A stretch of DNA of 64,000 bases from Amoebidium appalachense. Lineage: Eukaryota > Protista > Ichthyosporea. Position numbers and translations under genes: made by a program. The stretch lies in NCBI GenBank assembly GCA_963693365.1, contig CAVNZM010000010.1, positions 5,214,060 to 5,278,059 of the forward strand, written 5' to 3'. The notes below the pieces were generated by a model, which searched no databases, was not told the origin of the DNA, and saw only the letters and a program-made list of their open reading frames with translations. Positions 53,561 to 64,000 of the stretch are shown here, one piece after another (positions within the stretch are counted from its first letter, which is position 1; the number at the start of each line of letters is the position of its first letter).

Positions 53561-54351
53561 AAAACAAAAAAAACCACCCGCACACGCACACACCTTAGCT
53601 GCGTTTTCCTGTAGGATCCCTGTAACGTTGGTGTGCAGAGTATATGAAGCATAAATAGTGCAGCATCTTCTAAGCCATAGTTTCACAGCCTACCTAGATC
53701 TGTTATGGACGGATTGACGGATTTTGTACCTTGAGTCCCCAACGTTGTGCACGCTAGGGCGTTTGAGTAACCAAGTGCTATTGCCAGCTCTACATTTCCT
53801 TTGAAGATATAACATAAATACACAGCAAGCATCGCGCCTGACATGTTTCATTATTGCTCTACAGTTGGTTATGTTCTAGCTGAGGACCAGGGTTCCGAAG
53901 TTGCCCCTCCGGTCGACGGGGACATACAAGCAAAGTCTGTTTCCCCTCCCCCTCCCCCCCCCCCCCCCCCCCCCCCCCCCCACCCACCCACCCACCCACC
54001 CACCCACCCACCCACCCTCCCTCCGTCCGGCCTTCTCGTCTCTTCTCCCCGCTTCCCCTTTTCGTCTTCTCACAAGTTCCCCCCCAGTTGATCCTTCGAT
54101 GAGTTGTTCTGCTCGCCACTCTGCTGCCCTTGTGCATTCTACCGTGCATGCCTGCGTACGAATTTGGATATGCTAAGGCCGCTGCACATGAGCACGAGCA
54201 AAGATTTTTGTTTGTGCTATTGATATCACGCAATACATCATACACACGTACTCTCGAATTCTATACATTGATGCTAATGCCGTATGCGACACTCTTCGCC
54301 CTTCTTTCACACCCACTTCCTATCACTCTTCCCCCCTTCCCTCCCCCCCCC

Positions 54352-54382
<31 letters not shown>

Positions 54383-55152
54383 ACAAACACACACACAAGC
54401 TTCGTATCCATGCATTCCCCCCCTCCCCTCTCGTCCCCTTGGCTTCTCCACTACCTTTCTAGCCCATTTGGCCAACTTCCTAGTACAGCCATTACCAAAG
54501 TTCTGCGTTCTTCTGTTCCCTGCTCCTTTCCTCTTCTTATTCTCCTCAAGTGTTTTCTGCCTGCACGCTTAAATTGTTTGATTTTGGGTTTCCCACTTTT
54601 GTGACGCTTTGTTGTTGCTCTTTGTTGTCTCCTCCATAGTTCCAACCCTCTGACGCATACATCACCCCCCCCCCCCCCCCCCCCCCAACCACCACCACCA
54701 CCACCTTCCCCCCCCTTGTCTCTGCGTGCCTTGCCTAGCTATTGTCTGCCACCCCTACCTCCCATCTAGACCTCTCCCTCCTACCCTGGTTGCTTCCTCT
54801 GTTCCTTTATGGATGCCTTCAGATGCCTGTGCCTTAAATCCCCCCCCCTCCCCCCTTCTCGCCCCCTTCCCCACAGCCCCTTCAACCCCTCCCTATCCTC
54901 TCCCCTCACCCTCTCCCTTTCCCTCCTCCCCCCCCCCCGAGAGGCTGTATAGTCAAAACCCACTCTTTTGTGGAGGCAAAGGACCCTCCCCCCCCCCCCC
55001 CCCCCCCCCCCCGGATGATAGGCTCTGTTCAAGTGTTTTCTGCCTGCACGTAAATTGTTTGATTTCGGGTTTTTCATTTTTGTAATGTTTTGTAGTTTGT
55101 CCTTTGGTGTCTCCTCTATATTTCCAACTCTCTAACGTGTACATCCCCCCCT

Positions 55153-55183
<31 letters not shown>

Positions 55184-56696
55184 CCCCCGATCCTCCTTTA
55201 TTCCGATTCATTGCCAGCTCCGCATCTACATCTTTCGAATTCGTTAGCTTTCTCCTTTCAAATGCGTTTAAGAGCATTCAAAGCGACGTAGAACACTTCT
55301 GGAAAAATACAGTTAAGGACCATCTTCCTCATAATACTCGGAGCTATATTTTGAAAGATAGCGCCGAACTGATAGACACAATCAACTCGATTAATCGCAT
55401 TACTCGCCAGCATAAAGATACCAAAATTCGCACGTATGATTTCTCCACACTTAATACAAAAATCAATCTGCAGGATTTGAAATCGCGATTTGCGCGTTGA
55501 TTAGACGCGTGTTCAACAACAAATCAGACGAATCTCGGAATACTCTCAAGTACCTCAAAGTCCAATCAGACCGCTTCGCATGGCTAGAAGCCGCTCAGCC
55601 AAACAGCAACCACACACAATATCTCGATCAAGACATTTTCTGCGAACTTGCGTGCTTCCTCATCGATAACACTTACGTGGCTTTCGGGGACAATCTCTAT
55701 CATCAATCAATAGGCATCCCGATGGGCACGAACTGCGCCGTATTCCTAGCCAACTATTATCTATTCACTTACGAATTAGAATTTTCGAAAAATTAGTGCA
55801 CGACCAGCGTGTAGATATTCTTATCGTTATCCTAAAAACACATTGCAAGTCAATCTCGCCGACGAAGGCAGCGCTGTTAACTTTCTAGATCTCCATATTC
55901 GAGCAACCAATCACGGCATCCACACAAGCATATACAATAAACTCGATACCAGCACATTTTCTAAACTCGCTATCGTTCGCTATCCCCAAATCGATTCATT
56001 CATTTCTAACACCGCTAAATATGGTATCATAACTAGTCAACTATGTAGCTATCACCGTAAGTGCTCCTCATTGCATGCTTTCTCCATTCAGGCAGCTACC
56101 CTAATATCTAGACTACTAGCTAAGGGATATATCTACAATAAACTCATTCATAAAACCATATCATACATTAGAAACAATCCATCGATGTATTGCAGCACAC
56201 ATTATTCATTTATTCTCAAATCCATCATTCGAAGAATTCGCACACCAATATAATCTTACTCACACACACGATGTCAATATCATATACACACACACACATA
56301 TATATAGACTACACTCCGTGCATAATGGGTCTCGACATATGGCGTGTCACATGTAGTGATGCAACTTGGCTACCGTTTTGGCTTCCTAAAGCCCATGGGT
56401 ACGAGGTGAATGCTGGCTGGCCGCCAGGGGCCTACCCACCCGTTCGAACACCTTTAAAGTTCCACCCGGTCAGGTGCACTGCCCCCCAGTGGCATGGGTC
56501 AAACCTCTTGGTTTATTACGTGGGGTAACCCTCTAATAAAGCAATAGTTGCCAGGTTAAGTTCCCCCCCTGTTTTCTCTGTCTCCATGTCCCCCCCCCCC
56601 CCCTCCCCCTTCCCCCCCCCCCTCCCCTCTTCCCCCCCCCCCCCCCCCCCCCCGCCCCGCCCCCTTCCCCCTCTCTCTCCCCCTCCCCTCCCTCTC

Positions 56697-56730
<34 letters not shown>

Positions 56731-57825
56731 CTCCCCTTCTCTATAGGTTAGGGAGTCGGGGAGCTTTGTAGAAGCCCGGCTTATGCTCTATCTCTCTGCT
56801 TGCTTTCTTTGTTTTTTTGTCTGCTTGCAGATTTTGTAGACTCTGCGTTCTTAGATTCCTGCTCCTTGAACAACCCTGCTCGCCTTTGGTCAAGACGGGC
56901 GGACTCGCCTATTGCTGTTGAAACAAAGTATGGGTTGGGAACCACGCGCGAGAGGTTAAAGAGTCGAAACCCATGCTTTTGTGGAGGCATAGGAACCCCC
57001 CTGATGATGGGCTCTGTTCAAGTGTCTTCTGCCTGCACGCTTGAATTGCTTGATTTTGGATTTCCCACCTTTGTGACGCTTTGTTGTTGCTCTTTGTTGT
57101 CTCCTCCATATTTCCAACCCTCTAACGCATACATCACCCCCCCCCCCCCCCCCCCCCCCCTCCCCCTTCCCCTCGAGGTGAATGGGTCGAAGCTAGGGTA
57201 CTGTGGATGACGTGGGCCCCCCCTGAGGATGGGCTCTGCTTATTATGCATACTCTTCATGTATGGTTTGCATCCTGCATCGTGTTATCCGTTGTTCTTGT
57301 GTACTTCGTACTTTATGACGCATTCAAACCCCCCCCCCCCCCCCCCCTCCTTGTATACTCTCTCCGTCATAACATTCAGTTGGTTTTATCACTCCAGCAT
57401 TATGGTTTGTTGCATGTTACTAACCCAGCTGGTTTCTATATATAGTGCTGAGGCACCACCACCACCAGCACCAGAGAATGAGCTGCCACCATCGGATGAT
57501 GTTGGTATGCACATATTCCCCCCTCCCCCCCTCCCCCCTCCCCCCTCTCCCCCCTGGCTAGTGACCTCACTCCCTCCTCCCCTCCCCCCTCCCCCCTGGC
57601 TTGGAACCCCCCCCTCCCCCCCCCCCCCCCCAGGCACGCGGAGAATGGGTTCTACTCACTATGCATACTCTTGTGTGTTGTTTTATACGGCCACCGGGGG
57701 GAGGAGGGGGGAGGGGGGGGGGGGGGGGAGGTCATACGGAGCAGATGTACGAATTCACAACGGAGGAAACAGAAAACCATAACCTACTGTAGTTTTATTC
57801 ACCCGGTGGGTACAATTCATGGTAC

Positions 57826-57857
<32 letters not shown>

Positions 57858-58629
57858 AGGTGAAAGGTGGACAAATTCGTCCACATAGGCATGTGTTGAT
57901 TTTCCACACACACATATGGTTTGTTCTAGGGTATTCCACAGTTTGGTTGTTATATATTTTACAAAGATGTGGTTTTGTTGGATATCGCGCGAGATAGTTT
58001 GTTGTTTTTGACATCCCACACAGATATTTTTTTGTTGAATATTTGCACATGGGTGGTTTGTTATTGGGTATTGTACATAAATATGGTTGTTGGTGATTTA
58101 GATTTTGGCACACAGAGATGGTTTGTTATTGGATAATCCACAAATATATGGCTTGTTATTAGATATTCACATTTGGGTGTTACACAGGCAAGGGCCACTA
58201 TGAGAGCTACTTGCAGGCGAACGACAAAACCAGCTCAAGTTACAACACACAACAGGCATGCAGTCCCCCCCCCCCCCCCCCCTTTCCCCCCCTTTCACCC
58301 ACCCAACCGGGGCCCGGTGCCCCCCTTTCCCGGACTTGGAATCCTTCTTTGACCTGGGTCTGTTTTATTATTGATCATCCCCCCCCCCAGTGGCTGCATG
58401 TCACATCCTTTGTGTTTAAATGGTGTTGTCTCATGTGTTCAGCCCCCCCTCTCCATCTTCCCGCCTTTCTGCGTTACTTTTTTTTGTTGTTGTTGTTTTA
58501 GTCGTTACCGTCCCCCCCCCCCCCCCCCCCCTTCCTTCTCCCGCGGAAAGGAACAAAAAAAGGAGGGGGAGGGGGGGGTCCTTATCCTCTAATCATACAT
58601 CCCTATGCCCCCCCCCCCCCCTCCCCCTC

Positions 58630-58670
<41 letters not shown>

Positions 58671-58782
58671 CCGCCGCCGCCCTCCAAAAAAAAAAAAAAA
58701 GAAAGAAAGAAAGAAAAAGAAAAAGAAAAGAAGGAAAGAAAAAGAGGGGGGAAGGGCGGTTTCTTATTCTCTAATGCATACA

Positions 58783-58816
<34 letters not shown>

Positions 58817-59079
58817 TGCCCCCTTCTGCCCCACCACCACCACGACCACCACCAGGAAAAGAAAAAAGGAGGAGAAAGAAAAAGAAAAAGAAGGGAAAGA
58901 AAGAGAAGGGGGGGGGGGGGGGGGGGGGGGGGTTCCTACCCTCTAACATCCCCCCCCCCCCCCCCCCCCCCCTCCCCCCCCCCCAAAAAAAAAAGAAAGA
59001 ACGAAAGAAAGACAGAAAGGGCAAAAAAAGAAAGAAAGAAAGATTGCGGGGGAAACTTTCTTACCCTCCAATGCATACA

Positions 59080-59112
<33 letters not shown>

Positions 59113-60677
59113 CACCACCACCACCACCACCACCACCACCACAGAAAAAAAACAAAGAAGAAAAATGAAAGAAAGAAAAAAGAAAAAGAAAAGAAAGAAA
59201 GAAAAAGGTGGGGGGGGAGGGGAAGGGGGGGGGGGGGGTTTCTTACCCTTTAATCCATACATCCCCTTCCCCTCCCTCCCCCCGAACCCCCCTGATGATG
59301 GGCTCTGTCCAAGTGTCTTCTGCCTGCACGCTTAATTTGCTTGATTTTGGGCTTCCCACTTTTGTTGTTGCTTTGTTGTCTCCTCCATATTTCCAACCCT
59401 CTAACGCATACATTCCCCCCCCCCCCCCCCCCCCCCCCCCCGTTCCTCCTCCTTCATTCACGTTTCTAATGAGGCAACCCACTGCAGGCACTTGTGTTTC
59501 TTATTGCAGCCGCCGAGGCCAAATACCCCGCAGCCATGGAAAGACTAGCACACATGTACTTGGTGAGTGCGTGCCGTGTGTTTGTGTTGTGCAGATAAAA
59601 GCTCAAGGGATTCAGAAAGGAGGTTGCACCTGAGTTTTCGAGCAATTTAAAGCCCTCTTGTGCCCGCACATTTTCAATCCCTTTTTTTTCCGTGACGTCC
59701 CTCGGTCTCCACTGGTGTTATGTGCTGTGTGCTTTTGAGCTATTGCATGTGCTTTTGCCCTTCCCTCCCCCCCCCCCCGCCCCCCCGCAGTTCCTTAGGG
59801 AAGGATGGGCTCTGCTTATGACGCATACTGTGCGCATGGCTGATGTTGCATACTTGAATGTTTGCCTTTGCATGTGTCCTGCACCATGCTTCTCATCGTG
59901 TATGCGTACTTCGTACCGTGTTCTGCATTCAAACCCCCTCCCGCAGTTCCATCCCTCCGCCGCACCCATCCGTCCCCACCTCCTCTTCTTGGTACGTCAC
60001 CTCTCTTCCTCCCTTGATCTTTTTCATCTGTATTTCCGTTGTTCTCTTAGACCCCATACACCCCAGCCCACTAACACAAAAACCCCCACATGCAGTTTGG
60101 TGAACAGGTAGACCAAGACATTGCAAAAGCAGCCGAGCAGGCCCAGGCTCTGGCCAAGATGGGCCATGCGGACGGAAATGCCCTGATGGGGTTTTTGCAC
60201 ACCACCGGGTTGGGGGTGCCTATGGACCAGGCGAGGGTATGTGATGTGTGTGAATGTAATTGGTTGGTGTGATGTGATGCATATGGGCTCGTGAGTACAT
60301 GCACGTGGGGTGTGGATTCGAAATGCTGTTTTTTTTTTTTTTTAAACCAAAAAAAAAAAAAAGAAAGGAAAAAACCCCCCCCCCGGGTTTAACTGCTGCA
60401 GCAGTGGCATTTTTTATTGTATGGATGGGTGTGCATTGACGAAAGCATTCACAGACAACCATTTACAAGCTTTGATATACTTGCAACCACACAAACACGC
60501 ACTGCACGCTCAGACAGGTGCACACTTATAGTCATGCACGTATGTCCACTGGTGTGTCCGCACACACACACTCACACACTCACACACTCACACACGTGCA
60601 CACTCATACGCATGTGTGCATTTACACACGTACACACAAGTGTGCACACATGCACACACGCGTACACGCACATACAC

Positions 60678-60744
<67 letters not shown>

Positions 60745-61344
60745 CGTCGATACAAAATATCATATGTGCACTCTGACACGTACACAAAACTATTGCTGGA
60801 GGGAGAAGAGGAAATGGATTCAATAAAAACAAACGACCAAACCAAGGTAAAAGACTGTGTTCAACTATGGGGCAAAACCTCCATGTACAACCAGCGATCG
60901 TCAGAAAATAGATCCCTGCCAAATAATCAGATCAGGCATGAATAACAAGTACGGTAGTGAATAGAAAATACAAATTCGTACTTTGCTTCTTTTTTTAGTA
61001 AGTACTTTTCACTCTCTATTGGTTATTGGATACAATCACAAGACTCTTATGAGTAGAAATACGAGACCATTGTGTCACTTCACACAATATGAATACACGG
61101 ACACCATCTAACATGGTTTTTTTTTTGTTTGTTTTTTTCCCCCTTATTTTCCTTTTTTTTTTTCTTCCCCTTTCCCCAGGCCACGACCTACTACACTTTG
61201 GCAGCCATGCAGGGGCAACCCATTGCACACATGGCGCTAGGCTACCGGCACAAGGTGGGCTATGCGGCCACACAGGACCAGAATAAGGCCGAGAGCCACT
61301 ATGCAAAGGTCGCAAGCTACGGTATAAATCTTTCTTTTCCCCTC

Positions 61345-61375
<31 letters not shown>

Positions 61376-61543
61376 AAAAAAAAAAATCCCCCCTTTCCCC
61401 CGAAAAGGAAAAAACAAAGGGGGAAAAAAAAAAGAAAGAAAAACAAAATAAACTGAGACATACTGTGTGTGTGCAGTAGCACGATTGCATTGGGTTGTCC
61501 GTCGTAATGTTGTGCTTCGTATTCGTACTCTGTACCACAGCCA

Positions 61544-61582
<39 letters not shown>

Positions 61583-61627
61583 ACACACACACAACACACA
61601 TGGACACACATACATACGCACGCACGC

Positions 61628-61661
<34 letters not shown>

Positions 61662-61687
61662 GCGCGCGCGCGCACGCATGCACGCAG

Positions 61688-61751
<64 letters not shown>

Positions 61752-62178
61752 GCACGCACGCACGCAGGTACTTACGTACGCAGGCACACACCCACAAACA
61801 CACACGCACACACACACACGCGCGCGCGCGCGCACGCAAGCACGCCCGCATGCGCGAAGGCACGTACGCAGGCACGCACACGCACACACACATACACACA
61901 CACATTGCCACCGACTTCCTGGTCATAGTCATCACTGCGCCCTTTCTTCATATTGCCGTAATATGGCTAGTTAGCAGAACTGCACAGGCATTCAGCAAGT
62001 GAACGGTTGTTACAATATTGTCAGAAATATGGATTTCGTTTTCTGTTTGCAATATTTAAAGCTCACGTGTAATTGGTGCAGTCGCCGAGGATATGTTTAA
62101 GACTGGTGGCTACATTGGCGAGAGGGTGCGCCTGTCACATGACGAGCAGGTATCAAACACCCTCCCCCCCCCCCCCCC

Positions 62179-62216
<38 letters not shown>

Positions 62217-62562
62217 TCCCGGCGCAGAGAGTAGGGCCCCATATTTTTGTTACCGTGCCGGAGATGTGGCGTCTGGGGACTGCAGTTTTTTAGGTAATTA
62301 TTGTGAAAGGGTATAAGCTCAGCTTAACCCTTCACACATGCCAGTAATTTTGGTCCCTAATGAAAGCCCATATTCATTCTTAGCATGCTGTAGCACAATA
62401 CTATCATGACGATTGCGTGAACAATCACTTAGGCTGGGTGGGGTGGGGTGGGGTGGGGTGGGTGGGTGGGGGGGGGGGGGAGTGAAGAAGAAATAGAAGA
62501 GGGAAAAGGCAGTACGAAAATAAAAAGGTGGGTGTGTGGGTTTTTTTTTGTGTGTGTGGGGG

Positions 62563-62598
<36 letters not shown>

Positions 62599-63020
62599 AA
62601 GGAAAAGATTATCCACTCACCAACCCACCAACCATTTCTCAGGCGTCCATGGCACGGCGTGGCACATCGAGTGAGGATGTAGTGGGGTTCTACGCCTACA
62701 CGGCCGACAGGGGGGATGTGGAGGCCCAGGTGACTGTGGGCAGGCTGTATCTGACTGGTGGCCACAGTGTGGCACCGGACCATGCAAAGGCCTACCAGTA
62801 CCTCTCAAAGGCTGCTGGTGCGTCATGTTTCTCTTTCCCTCCCCCCCAACTATCTAACGCATACCCTCCCCCCCCCCTCCCCCCTCCCCCCCCCCCCCCA
62901 AACACACACACGTACACACACAAACACACATACACGCACACACATTCACACACGTGCACGCGCGCACACGCACGCGTGCACACATACACACGCACGCGTG
63001 CTCACACACACACACAAAAC

Positions 63021-63117
<97 letters not shown>

Positions 63118-63260
63118 ATAGTCTTTATGTGTGATTTTTTTAGCAATCTGCATGGTGTTGTCCGTCATGAATGTGCACATTGTAAGGTGTGCATTTTAGA
63201 GAGAAGGGTTAACCTTTTACTGCCCCATGTGTCTGTCTGCTTGTGCGCGTGCGTGTGTAT

Positions 63261-63355
<95 letters not shown>

Positions 63356-63508
63356 GGGGAGGGGGGGGGTAGGCATGGTATTTTGCACATGAGGGTGGGT
63401 ACAGAGCAAATGGCCTTGCTCTACCTCTTCTAACGCATGTGTGTTTTTGTGATTGCAGAGGCAGGCAGTGCACAGGCTAAAGCCAACCTGGGCCAGATGT
63501 ATGAGAAG
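53152..63508 (+). CDS. SEL1L: SEL1L/HRD3 ERAD adaptor, 5' portion (gene continues beyond the window)
   Basis: Exons 53152-53221, 53865-53934, 57446-57504, 58188-58255, 59488-59562, 60096-60236, 61180-61321, 62082-62149, 62643-62817, 63459-63508. Signal peptide, then Sel1 repeats with SEL1L-typical [31 protein letters not shown]...[22 protein letters not shown]. Confidence 0.9.
54545..54665 (+). mobile_element. 5'-truncated family A copy
   Basis: TCAAGTGTTTTCTGCCTGCACG...CCAACCCTCTGACGCATACATCA followed by poly-C. Confidence 0.8.
54938..55144 (+). mobile_element. 5'-truncated diverged family A copy with an expanded internal C tract
   Basis: GAGAGG...TTTTGTGGAGGCA...(C)n GGATGATAGGCTCTGTTCAAG...CTCTAACGTGTACAT followed by poly-C. 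Confidence 0.8.
55189..56587 (+). mobile_element. Degenerate Penelope-like retroelement (Chlamys/Naiad-type RT), 5'-truncated, in SEL1L intron 2
   Basis: RT motifs [74 protein letters not shown]. Frameshift near 55497; YxDD segment missing near 55800-55840; ORF stops at 56253 with no C-terminal GIY-YIG; poly-C on both sides. Confidence 0.85.
56737..57136 (+). mobile_element. Longest family A short element (structured core 56865-57022)
   Basis: Contains the sequence shared by the truncated copies; ends CCAACCCTCTAACGCATACATCA then poly-C. 5' boundary approximate. Confidence 0.75.
57172..57330 (+). mobile_element. 5'-truncated family B copy
   Basis: CGAGGTGAATGGGTCGAA...TACTTTATGACGCATT matches the reverse complement of 39724-39861. 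Confidence 0.8.
57890..58172. repeat. Degenerate ~30-bp tandem repeat
   Basis: Recurring ATATGGTTTGTT(A/G)TTGGATAT..CACA-like units upstream of SEL1L exon 4. Confidence 0.6.
58510..59280 (+). repeat. Five-unit compound array: C tract, A-rich tract, G tract, TTCTTACCCTCTAATGCATACAT
   Basis: Anchor motif recurs near 58578, 58758, 58933, 59056 and 59238. Confidence 0.7.
59284..59414 (+). mobile_element. 5'-truncated family A copy
   Basis: GAACCCCCCTGATGATGGGCTCTG...CTCTAACGCATACAT followed by poly-C. Confidence 0.85.
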
Positions 63509-63870
63509 GTGTGTGGTACTCCATCCAAAGCTTGTTTGTTTGTTTGTTTCTTTGTTTGTTTGTTTGTTGTTTGTTGTCTTTCCTTCCTGCTTTCCGTGTC
63601 TCGTTCTTTCTGTCTTTCTTTCTTTCTTTCTTCATTTCTCTCTTTCCTTCCTTTTTTTCTTTTCCTCTGTTATTTGTTTGGGTGTTTGCTTGCTTGTTTG
63701 TTTGTTCGTTTGTTGTCTTTCCTTCCTTCTTTCTTTCTTTTTCTCTCTCTCTTTTTTTTTTTTTTTTTTTTTTTTTGGGTTTGTTTGTTTGTTCGTTTGT
63801 TTGTTTGTTTGTTTGTTTGTTTGTTTGTTTGTTTGTTTGTTTGTTTGTTTGTTTGTTTGCTTGCTTTTAC

Positions 63871-63917
<47 letters not shown>

Positions 63918-63918
<1 letters not shown>

Positions 63919-64000
63919 ACGCGCGAGAGGTTTAAAGAGTCGAAACCCATGCTTTTGGTGGAGGCATAGGAACCCCCCTGATGATGGGTTCTGTTCAAGT
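63918..64000 (+). mobile_element. Family A copy, truncated by the window end
   Basis: CCACGCGCGAGAGGTTTAAAGAGTCGAAACCCATGC...CTGATGATGGG begins directly after a long C tract. Confidence 0.85.

Noticed and set aside
56254-56587. Canonical hammerhead in the PLE 3' region
   Set aside because: No CTGANGA...GAAA core found by eye.
56800-57210. 136-aa ORF in the family A element
   Set aside because: The family B homologue has a stop and indels in the same stretch; conservation fits base pairing better than codons.

Overview
Eukaryotic, intron-rich DNA saturated with poly-C/G tracts and (CA)n/(GA)n microsatellites; almost all ORFs in the supplied track are simple-repeat artefacts. The animal-like SEL1L and a Chlamys/Naiad-type Penelope element suggest a unicellular holozoan such as an ichthyosporean (inference). 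Manual splicing gives: an SH3-RING-TRAF-zinc-finger gene (-); a two-exon orphan gene present twice through a 4.19-kb tandem duplication, with a probable pseudogenised paralogue at 27.6-30.4 kb; a FetA/STAR1-type ABC ATPase gene followed only 213 bp later by a FetB/ALS3-type permease gene (bacterial operon order, both intronised); a secreted GH79 glycosidase (-); and the 5' part of SEL1L/HRD3 (+). Mobile DNA: a hAT MITE with an 8-bp TSD, a TA-flanked Tc1/mariner-like element, a LINE 3' end, a dead Penelope-like RT, and short poly-C-terminated repeats that share a covarying RNA structure with hammerhead core motifs. A diverged multi-kb inverted repeat (~8.8-13.8 kb vs ~21.8-25.3 kb) brackets the orphan genes. 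All alignments and counts were done by eye and need computational confirmation.
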